Shown one piece after another: positions 10,189 through 18,196 of a stretch of DNA of 52,569 bases. How positions within the stretch are numbered: position 1 is the first letter of the stretch; each line of letters begins with the position of its first letter. Origin of the DNA: Leptospirales bacterium (GTDB lineage Bacteria > Spirochaetota > Leptospiria > Turneriellales > JAOUFE01). Location of the stretch: NCBI GenBank assembly GCA_040326155.1, contig JBEQLE010000022.1, positions 1-52,569 of the forward strand, given 5' to 3'. Under the pieces are notes generated by a model. That model had not been told where the DNA came from. It was given only the letters and a program-made list of their open reading frames with translations, and did not search any database. The translations under genes were made by a program, and so were the position numbers.

Positions 10189-10434
10189 TCAAAAGAAAAG
10201 AAAATAGGTTCCTTTTACGCCAAAACAAATTTATCCAGCCTTTTGCACGACGTACAGATGGGGACCGAATACACAATTACAAACCGGGGCAAACCTGTTG
10301 CAAAAATTACCCCTTATGTAAATGAAGAAAATATGGAAACCGAAGAAATTATGAAACAATTCGATTCTATACGAAAATCCGTAAAAGGCAAAGTAGACAT
10401 AAAAAAGTTTATTGAAGAAGGACGCAAATATTGA
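10186..10434 (+). CDS. Phd/YefM family antitoxin
   Basis: AKTNLSSLL...ITNRGKPVAKI signature; 4-nt overlap with the toxin. Confidence 0.92.
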   Translation: MSKEKKIGSFYAKTNLSSLLHDVQMGTEYTITNRGKPVAKITPYVNEENMETEEIMKQFDSIRKSVKGKVDIKKFIEEGRKY

Positions 10435-10841
10435 ACTCCTACGTAGTCGACTGCTCTTTTTCTTCGGCTCTTTTTTTACCCGATGAAAACTCGGAAAGTA
10501 TAAAGAACTTCTTCTTAAAACTGAATAAAAAAGATAACGTTTATACTCCGGTGTTATGGTACTATGAAACGGCAAATGTATTGAACATATCCGTAAAAAG
10601 AAACCGGCTGACCCACTCCGATGCATTCTCTGTTGGTGAACTTTTCAAAGAAATTGGTTTTACAACCGACATCTACTTCGGCGTACACTTTACAAAAGAA
10701 TTATTTGACCTGACACAGCTCTACGGCATTTCGTCTTACGACGCAGTTTACCTTGAACTGGCCATGCGAAAAAAAGCTGAGCTGAAAACTCTTGACAAAG
10801 GATTAATGCAAGCTGCAAAAAAAATCGGCGTCCCGGTCTAA
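10431..10841 (+). CDS. vapC: PIN-domain toxin VapC
   Basis: VVDCS, YETANVL, SYDAVYLELA, TLDKGL acidic PIN motifs. Confidence 0.92.
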   Translation: MNSYVVDCSFSSALFLPDENSESIKNFFLKLNKKDNVYTPVLWYYETANVLNISVKRNRLTHSDAFSVGELFKEIGFTTDIYFGVHFTKELFDLTQLYGISSYDAVYLELAMRKKAELKTLDKGLMQAAKKIGVPV

Positions 10842-10860
10842 ATTTACAAAAGGGGTATTT

Positions 10861-11649
10861 ATGAAACGAATTCACTTGTTTGAAGTTGAAGATTTTAACT
10901 GGGTTCCCAACTGGTTAAGACGTTGTATGACTCTTCTAATCGTGGTAATGCACCGTATTCTGGGTTCGCCTGAACAGGTCGCCAAACTGGTGAGCAAAGC
11001 TCTTTTGTATTCCAAAAAACCTGAAATTATTGATCTTTGCTCTGGCAGCGGTGGACCAATGCCGGAAGTCATTGAAATATTGCAAAATAAATACAATGTA
11101 AAAAACATAAAACTAACTCTCAGCGATTTATACCCCGATACAAAAATGGCCGAAACGGTTAACGGCGGCAACAATAAAAACATAACGTATTTAACAACCC
11201 CGCTGGACGCTGCAAAAATTGGCGCCAAACAAAAAGGGGTCCGAACGATGGTCGGAAGCCTGCACCATATGAAACCAGATATCGCACACAATATACTGAA
11301 AGATGCTAAAGAGAGCCGTCAGCCAATCTGTATATTTGAAATCAGCGACAATAGTTTTCCCGCCTGGCTCTGGTGGATTGCCATACCAATCAACACCATC
11401 ACATCACTGTTTGTTACATTGGCGGTGCGACCCATGACCTGGCAGCAAATCGTTTTTACATACATTATTCCAATTATTCCCCTTGCATTTGCCTGGGACG
11501 GAGCCGTTTCAAATGCTCGCACCTACACTCTTTCTGACATGGATGAACTGCTCGAAGGTCTTCACTCAGATGATTACACATGGGAGAAAGGGACCATCAA
11601 AGGAAAATCCAAAAAACTTTACTTATTGGGACTTCCCGTTAATAAATAG
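10861..11649 (+). CDS. Class I SAM-dependent methyltransferase-like protein
   Basis: IIDLCSGSGGP motif I, LSDLYP, SLHH. Confidence 0.7.
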   Translation: MKRIHLFEVEDFNWVPNWLRRCMTLLIVVMHRILGSPEQVAKLVSKALLYSKKPEIIDLCSGSGGPMPEVIEILQNKYNVKNIKLTLSDLYPDTKMAETVNGGNNKNITYLTTPLDAAKIGAKQKGVRTMVGSLHHMKPDIAHNILKDAKESRQPICIFEISDNSFPAWLWWIAIPINTITSLFVTLAVRPMTWQQIVFTYIIPIIPLAFAWDGAVSNARTYTLSDMDELLEGLHSDDYTWEKGTIKGKSKKLYLLGLPVNK

Positions 11650-11723
11650 AAGATAGATTATGCGGGGAAAAAGGGTAATTTCTCCGTTTGCATTTTCGTT
11701 TTTCCCCCCGCTTCGACCCGTAC

Positions 11724-11747
11724 CGGTTCTACGCTTCCCCTTTTATA
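11724..11747 (+). repeat. 24-bp direct repeat, left copy
   Basis: CGGTTCTACGCTTCCCCTTTTATA, identical at 15976-15999. Confidence 0.9.
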
Positions 11748-11826
11748 TTATTGTGAGGGGATCTATTAGAAAACAGGATTTTTACAAACGTCTATTGTTT
11801 ACTCTCTGTCAAGTTTTCGTTGTTAT

Positions 11827-12075
11827 CTAACGGATATTTTTTTTCAATTGATCATAATAATATATAAGTACACCAATCGATACGGCCATTTCAAGAAATG
11901 TTAGAAACAGGCTTATTGTAAAAGCTGTTGGTTCATCCAAGGCAAATATATTTATAACTAACGATTTGATTATTAAACCTACAACAAAGACCCCTACTAT
12001 TGTAAGCACTGCAACCATTACCCAGGACATTTGGCTTGTGCCTCTTTTTTCTTTTAGGAATGGCACATCTAACAT
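11827..12075 (-). CDS. Small two-TM membrane protein
   Basis: Two hydrophobic helices; ATG 12075 preceded by GGCGGAG; start uncertain. Confidence 0.55.
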   Translation of the reverse strand: MLDVPFLKEKRGTSQMSWVMVAVLTIVGVFVVGLIIKSLVINIFALDEPTAFTISLFLTFLEMAVSIGVLIYYYDQLKKNIR

Positions 12076-12262
12076 CTCTGCTCCGCCATTCCTAAAAGAA
12101 AAAAGACCAAAATGGCATAAAAAGTAAAATAGTCCTTTCCTTTCAAAAGCTCGAATTGCATTGTAGAATGCTCTTGATTTATTTTTCTTTATTTTTATAA
12201 AAAGTATCACATTTTATAAAAATGACTTGTCATAATCATGCACTGTGGTAAAATGATTGATT

Positions 12263-14476
12263 ATGTCAAATTTTCAGCACACCCACAAAACGGGTTCAAG
12301 TGCCGAGAAGAAAAGCTCATCATCTAAGACATCGACCACATTTTCGTCTTCTCGACCTCAGTATCCGCAAGGCATCCATAATAATGCCCGTGATTATATA
12401 ATGCATTTGCAACGAACCATCGGCAACCAAGCCGTAGGTCGATTGTGGCGATCCGGCGCTTTGCAACGCAAACTCAACATTGGCCCGGCCAACGACAAAT
12501 ACGAGTTAGAAGCCGACGCCGTCGCCGATAAAGTCGTCTCCATGAACGAACCACAAGTCGGTTCTGGTGTGGTCGGCAATTCCCCACCTGGAGAGACTCA
12601 ACGAATTTCGCGAACACCGCTGGTAGATTCCATAACGCCATTACAGCGTGAAGCCGCTCCTGAAGAAGAGGAAGCCCAAGGTAAGTTTTTACAACGAAAA
12701 TGTGCCACCTGCGAAAAAGAAGAGGCGCAGGCAAAAATTCAACGGCGTTTGGTAAATCCAGCTAGTCTCTGTCCGAAATGTCGGAGCAATTCGCTTTTGC
12801 AGATGATGCAACGGAAATGTTTACCTGTTCGGGTGAATCCGATGAACCGGCAACTCACTCCACCGACAAATTATCATATTCAAAAAAAGACAACCGGATC
12901 TACACCGGCATCATCAAATATTGAATCTTCAATCAATGCTGCTCGTGGCGGTGGAAGGTCGCTTTCACAAGGAGAACGCTCTTATTACGAACCTCGCTTT
13001 GGAACCAGCTTTGCCGGGGTGAAAATTCACACCGACTCGAAGGCTGCGCAGCTTTCTCGCTCGGTGAATGCACGAGCGTTTACTGTGGGGCGTGAAGTAT
13101 TTTTTGGTGCGGGTGAATACTCTCCGAATACTGTGCAGGGTAAGAGATTGATGGCGCATGAGTTGACACATACGGTGCAGCAGGGTGTCACCGTTGGACG
13201 TCACTCTAGCCGTAGGCTGGCCGTGCAACGCTTCTCGCCCGTTAGCCATCGAGGAACCACAATCGACGCTCTCACGGGCAGCTTTACGAAAGAGGAGACC
13301 GGGAAGATCTACAAGGGAAACTTTGAGCGCGACTTCGCGCAGATCCCATCGGTGCTGGTTGAACTCGTGCTGGTCTGGAAAGAATGGGCTCAGGCGGGGT
13401 TTCCGATGAGCCATGTAGAAAAATATCTCACCACGCTCGCAAAGGTTTTTAATTCCATGTCGACGAAGGAGAAGCTAGACGCGACAATGGCTATGTTTAA
13501 GTCCCCATTCGGTGGTAGCAAAGAAGTAGAGCATGTCGACAACCCCGGCGGCGAGGAGAAGGCAGAGTCGGTGTCTGGGCTACCCGCGAACATTCACCGG
13601 AGCCGTGAGTACATCAAGACCCAGATGCTGGAGGCCTTCTCAGCGTTTGTTGGGGGCAAAAAAGCCGATGAGGATGTGAGTGATGTCAGAAGCAGAAATG
13701 TGATCGAGAACGAAACGGTGGGTCTAGTCGATAAATATTATAAGGGGACATCGAAGTCCAAACCAATGAACACCTCCGAAGATAAAAAGTGGAACGTGGT
13801 CGGGGGATTCCTGGGACGAGGTACACACGCCACTGAGGACTTCTATGCCCATAGCAACTGGGTCGAGATGGCTATTTACCAGCAACGCCGCGCCCAAGTC
13901 AAGGCGTACAACGAGCGAACTACTTGGCCAGCACCGAAGTACTTCCCCTCAGATGACGACTACCAAATGAGCGATAAGGTAAAGCAGTATGGAAAGATGA
14001 ACCTTTTCACTGGTACCTTTGGGATCTTCGACAAGATCCATGCAATCTCTGATAAGGTAGAGGCGCTGACCGAGGAGATCAATAGTGCGAAGCTCCCGCC
14101 ATCACTCGACCACGTGAAGGAACAGAGCCTCAAAAAGTTGAATAAAGTTGCGATGGTTCTGACGGTCGCCGCAGCGGGTGCAAAGACGTTGGCTGACAAA
14201 AGAAGTCACTCGAACATTGCGAAAGACTCACCGTCCAAAGATAAGGACGAGGACAAACTGTTCGAGAATAGCTATCGCTGCGCGAGGGCAGCGGATAAAC
14301 TCCTGTTCGCACCTCTTAAACAGATCATGGTCAAAAAAGACAAGGCTGGGCTCGTAAAACAAATATCACTAGTAGATCAAGTCATTGCCCTGCCATCGAA
14401 TTCCCATTATGCTGTGTTGTCGCAATTGGACGCGGGTCGGCTTTCTTGGGTGAATGGGAAACCAAGATTCCACTAA
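12263..14476 (+). CDS. DUF4157 (eCIS core) protein with C-terminal Het-C/Zn-phospholipase C-like domain
   Basis: LQRTIGNQAV, YELEADAVADKV, repeated QR motifs, NARAFTVG..FFGAG..LMAHELTHTVQQ; then IYKGNFERDFAQ and GRGTHATEDFYAHSNWVE. Confidence 0.88.
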   Translation: MSNFQHTHKTGSSAEKKSSSSKTSTTFSSSRPQYPQGIHNNARDYIMHLQRTIGNQAVGRLWRSGALQRKLNIGPANDKYELEADAVADKVVSMNEPQVGSGVVGNSPPGETQRISRTPLVDSITPLQREAAPEEEEAQGKFLQRKCATCEKEEAQAKIQRRLVNPASLCPKCRSNSLLQMMQRKCLPVRVNPMNRQLTPPTNYHIQKKTTGSTPASSNIESSINAARGGGRSLSQGERSYYEPRFGTSFAGVKIHTDSKAAQLSRSVNARAFTVGREVFFGAGEYSPNTVQGKRLMAHELTHTVQQGVTVGRHSSRRLAVQRFSPVSHRGTTIDALTGSFTKEETGKIYKGNFERDFAQIPSVLVELVLVWKEWAQAGFPMSHVEKYLTTLAKVFNSMSTKEKLDATMAMFKSPFGGSKEVEHVDNPGGEEKAESVSGLPANIHRSREYIKTQMLEAFSAFVGGKKADEDVSDVRSRNVIENETVGLVDKYYKGTSKSKPMNTSEDKKWNVVGGFLGRGTHATEDFYAHSNWVEMAIYQQRRAQVKAYNERTTWPAPKYFPSDDDYQMSDKVKQYGKMNLFTGTFGIFDKIHAISDKVEALTEEINSAKLPPSLDHVKEQSLKKLNKVAMVLTVAAAGAKTLADKRSHSNIAKDSPSKDKDEDKLFENSYRCARAADKLLFAPLKQIMVKKDKAGLVKQISLVDQVIALPSNSHYAVLSQLDAGRLSWVNGKPRFH

Positions 14477-14668
14477 TGAATTCAGGTTATTAGAAAAAAC
14501 CAAAAAAGTATAACAAAGTGTATTGCAAGATGCGCGGATTTATTTTTTGGAAATCACAGTTTAGATGCGGAGTGAAAAGATACTTTAAATAAATCATAGT
14601 TAGATTCTATCGTCTAACAGTGGTTGACTTATTCACTCCTTTCAGTCATTAGACTTTGTAGGTAAATT

Positions 14669-15766
14669 ATGAAAAAAAAATTTTTATTACTAATTACTTA
14701 TTTTCTTTTTTCTATAAATAATACAGGTGTAGTAGAAAGCAGGCCAACTGATAATGTTTCATTAATTCCAATATTAGATTCGATTAGAAATTGTAAAAAA
14801 GAAAAATTTAGAGGTGAAAAAGAGCGTCATATTCAGATGATTAAGATTCGTTCCCCTCGAATATTAGAGTTTTATCCCGAAATTATTAGTAATATGCAAG
14901 TCTTTGCTCTAAAGTGCTCCAGAAATGAAATTGTAAATATTTATCAATACAGTTTTTCAGAAAACAAAGTTGCAAGAATTTTTAAAAGACTGATGAAGTC
15001 TACATTATCCTTAGATTTAAATCTTTTTGATGAATATTCTGTTTATGAGGTGCCTAAGAAAGAAGAGTTCGAAAACGTTTATTTGATAGATAATACAGTA
15101 ATTATTATAAACTATAAAGTTAACAATATTGTACACGAAAAATTAATCAAACATGACAATAGCAATCAATCCCTAACTCAAAATATATTAGATAAGCTAA
15201 GTACAACACTCAATTGTAAGTCCAATAAAAAATCTATTTGGTGTAAAACTACCAATTGGAATATTGGTAACTCCATTCCGAAATGCGATCAGAAAAAGTG
15301 TAGATATATCGGAATCACTGTAAAAATAAGAGAAGAAGATAATTTGTCAGAGGCATTAAAAAAATCTCATGTGAGTACTTTAATAATTGAACAATTAGAT
15401 AAAAAACCGGTATTAGGGTCAATTTATGAAGTAAAAGTTGAAGATTATATGCCCGAACATTTTCTAAGAATTGATCCGATTGAAGTAGAAAAACACCAAA
15501 TAAAATTGAATAGTTTATTAACTGGCCTGACAAATCATTTGTTATCCAATGAAAATAAAACATTCCATATTGATAAAGATATAAATCAAAGTATCAAATA
15601 TTTTAAAGCAAAGTATAAACTAATACCCCAAAAAATAAGTTTTGCCATTAAAATGCGATACGTAGATGCGGAAATTCGACTGATAAAAAAAGATATTATT
15701 TCTATTGAAAGTTCTCTTACAACCAATGCTATTTATATTTCGATTTTTACTTCAAACTTCGAATGA
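14669..15766 (+). CDS. AT-rich exported hypothetical protein, candidate immunity protein
   Basis: 365-aa ORF with MKKKFLLLITYFLFS signal-like start, directly downstream of the toxin-like gene; immunity role inferred from position only. Confidence 0.6.
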   Translation: MKKKFLLLITYFLFSINNTGVVESRPTDNVSLIPILDSIRNCKKEKFRGEKERHIQMIKIRSPRILEFYPEIISNMQVFALKCSRNEIVNIYQYSFSENKVARIFKRLMKSTLSLDLNLFDEYSVYEVPKKEEFENVYLIDNTVIIINYKVNNIVHEKLIKHDNSNQSLTQNILDKLSTTLNCKSNKKSIWCKTTNWNIGNSIPKCDQKKCRYIGITVKIREEDNLSEALKKSHVSTLIIEQLDKKPVLGSIYEVKVEDYMPEHFLRIDPIEVEKHQIKLNSLLTGLTNHLLSNENKTFHIDKDINQSIKYFKAKYKLIPQKISFAIKMRYVDAEIRLIKKDIISIESSLTTNAIYISIFTSNFE

Positions 15767-15975
15767 AATAAAAAGCATGAATTTAATTGCGTTCGAAGTG
15801 GCTCACGATGTGGATTTCCCATCCGTAATCTTAAAACACCCGTTGAGCGATACTTTGTTCATTATCGAATATCATGAGAGGGGGTAACATGAGAAAATTG
15901 CCGAAAAAAAGTAACATACGTGTCGCAACTATCCACAGTTGGATGGAACCCATCACCTACGAAATACAATCGCGG

Positions 15976-15999
15976 CGGTTCTACGCTTCCCCTTTTATA
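15976..15999 (+). repeat. 24-bp direct repeat, right copy
   Basis: Identical to 11724-11747. Confidence 0.9.
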
Positions 16000-16064
16000 C
16001 AATTTCAGGTACAGATTCTGTTATTTACAACGTTAAACTTCACACAATGCATCCATAGAAATAT

Positions 16065-16152
16065 TTCGGTAGCATTCCGCAGTACGGACCCAGCTCGTAT
16101 GTGGCGGACCGCCACCTTTTACACCTCGAAAAACCTTAGAACTTCGCCTGCC
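16065..16152 (-). repeat. Dispersed repeat family copy B
   Basis: Minus strand GGCAGGCGAAGTTC..TTTTCGAGGTGTAAAAGG..ACTGCGGAATGCTACCGAA; shares the 12-mer ACTGCGGAATGC with copy C. Confidence 0.7.
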
Positions 16153-16246
16153 ATGTTTTTCAATATTTAAATTGACAATACAGAGTTGTCCTTCGTTTTT
16201 AACAAGCTGGAAACTTTTTCGGTAAATAATTACATTTGGAATAATC

Positions 16247-17158
16247 ATGATCGACGTAACGCATAAACCCAAAACCCTTCGCAAGGCAAGCGCCGAGGGT
16301 TTCATAAAACTACAAAAAGAGACTATTGAGAAAGTGAAAACCGACTCCCTGCCCAAAGGCAACCTGTTCGATGTCGCCCGGGCTGCAGGGCTCCTGGGGG
16401 CAAAACAGACACCGATGTTAATTCCACATTGCCACCCTGTTCTCATTGATTTTCTGGAAGTCAATTTTGAAATTGATGAAAAAGCTGGAGCGATAAAAGT
16501 CATAGCTTCGGGAGCTGCCATTTCGCGCACGGGAATAGAAATGGAAGTTCTTTCTGCGGTATCGACCGCCCTTTTAACAATGTACGATCTATTAAAACCC
16601 GTCGATAAACAAATGGAAATAACCGGAATTCGACTGCTCGACAAAAAAGGCGGGCGAAAAACAAAAGATCCCGAGAAGTATTCAGACTTGAAAGCTGCCG
16701 TACTTGTGGTTTCCGATTCAACAGCCGCCGGCGAACGAAAAGACAAGTCAGGGCAAATTATAAAAGAGATGGTAGAGCAATATAATTTAAGTATTGAGGA
16801 CTATCAAATTGTACCCGATGAAATTGACCAAATACAAAAGCAAATATTAGTTTGGATCAATAAAGATATTCCATTTATATTTACAACCGGCGGTACCGGG
16901 CTGGGACCACGCGATGTTACCGTCGCAGCGATTGAAGAAATTGCCGAGCGAAGAGTCGAAGGTATCGGTGAAGCCATGCGAAATTATGGTCAAGAGCGAA
17001 CTTTAAAAGCAATGCTCTCTCGTTCTTTTGCCTGTACTATTCAAAAATCTGTTGTGTTATGTTTACCCGGAAGTTCAGCGGGCGCCCGCGAAAGCCTGGA
17101 AGCGATACTGCCCGAACTTTTTCATGCCCGCAGAATGATAGACGGTGGTGGGCACTGA
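16247..17158 (+). CDS. moaCB: Bifunctional molybdenum cofactor protein MoaC-MoaB/MogA
   Basis: MIDVTHK, LIPHCHP, TGIEME, DKKGG (MoaC); VSDS, TGGTGLGPRDVT, LPGS (MoaB/MogA). Confidence 0.93.
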   Translation: MIDVTHKPKTLRKASAEGFIKLQKETIEKVKTDSLPKGNLFDVARAAGLLGAKQTPMLIPHCHPVLIDFLEVNFEIDEKAGAIKVIASGAAISRTGIEMEVLSAVSTALLTMYDLLKPVDKQMEITGIRLLDKKGGRKTKDPEKYSDLKAAVLVVSDSTAAGERKDKSGQIIKEMVEQYNLSIEDYQIVPDEIDQIQKQILVWINKDIPFIFTTGGTGLGPRDVTVAAIEEIAERRVEGIGEAMRNYGQERTLKAMLSRSFACTIQKSVVLCLPGSSAGARESLEAILPELFHARRMIDGGGH

Positions 17159-17847
17159 GCATTGTAGAGTCCAATAGTCTGCTCGCTCTCGTTTTATGCG
17201 GGGGCAAAAGCGTTCGCATGAACCGCGACAAAGGTTTGCTCAGCCTCAATGGTGAACCGCAGTTTTTAAACGCCGCCAGAATCTTATCAGGCGTATTTTC
17301 AAGCGTACCCTCAAAAGTTGTACCTGAAGTGGCTGTCTCCGTTCGTTCGGAACAAATATCTTCGTACAAAAATGCATTACATGATGCCGTATGCGCCGCA
17401 ACAGTTGATGCGAAAATCCCCAGGATTACATTTATTACTGATTCGGATAATATTAAAATCGGCGGTCCTTTAAAAGGTATTCTCAGCGCACATGAAAAAC
17501 ATCCTGAAAAAGATCTGCTGGTTTTAGCTGTAGATTATTTTTCAATGCTAACTGCCCCTCTGAGTGTTTTAATGGAACTGTATACTGAAAATCGAAATAC
17601 AAAAGAGAACAATTACGATGCAATTTGCTGGGCAATAAACAAGCGCCCCGAGCCTTTATGTGCTATATACACAGCTTCCTTTTTATCTCATATCTATACT
17701 GAAATAACATCGAAAAAAAACACATTGGATTCGGCCCGGCAGTGGCTGCTAAAAGGGCGAACCCTACTTAAAGAAGTGCCACCCGAACTCATTTCGGCGT
17801 TTAAGAATTATAACTACGCACAAGATTTGGCAATACACAAAAAATAA
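17059..17847 (+). CDS. mobA: Molybdenum cofactor guanylyltransferase (start uncertain)
   Basis: LVLCGGKSVRMNRDKG, GPLKGI, LAVD, PEPLCAIY. Confidence 0.82.
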   Translation: MFTRKFSGRPRKPGSDTARTFSCPQNDRRWWALSIVESNSLLALVLCGGKSVRMNRDKGLLSLNGEPQFLNAARILSGVFSSVPSKVVPEVAVSVRSEQISSYKNALHDAVCAATVDAKIPRITFITDSDNIKIGGPLKGILSAHEKHPEKDLLVLAVDYFSMLTAPLSVLMELYTENRNTKENNYDAICWAINKRPEPLCAIYTASFLSHIYTEITSKKNTLDSARQWLLKGRTLLKEVPPELISAFKNYNYAQDLAIHKK

Positions 17848-17934
17848 AGTGAATATTACGAAAGTTTTATATTAGACTAGCTATCTTTGTTATATTATTT
17901 ATACCCCTATAATATTTGTGCGGGGGGTTCCATT

Positions 17935-18196
17935 ATGAAATTAAAAGATTGCGCTATTTTAATTGTCGATGACACGCCAACCGCAGATTCCCATCGAAGG
18001 TCGCATAGTTGCCATTGCCGATGTGTTTGATGCTTTGACTTCTAAAAGGCCGTACAAAGAAGCATGGCCGGTTGAAAAATCAGTCGATTATATCCGAAGT
18101 GAATCTGGAAAACATTTTGATCCGGAATTAGTCAATGTGTTTCTGGAAAAACTTCTGGAAGTTATAAGTATTAAAAAACAATATAAAGAAGATTAA
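17935..18196 (+). pseudogene. Internally deleted REC-HD-GYP response regulator
   Basis: MKLKDCAILIVDDTP (REC start) joined out of frame to IPIEGRIVAIADVFDALTSKRPYKEAW...HFDP (HD-GYP end). Confidence 0.85.

Noticed and set aside
11715..11760. Resemblance to group II intron domain V/VI (CGTAC.GGTTCT...GTGAGGGG)
   Set aside because: Interrupted, lacks the 5' GAGCCG arm of domain V, and no RT gene is present
15874..16170. 98-aa ORF, and the 63-aa ORF at 49125-49316, as a small protein family ending TS(S/P)A
   Set aside because: Similarity comes from the DNA repeat; other copies have indels and stops, so coding is not supported
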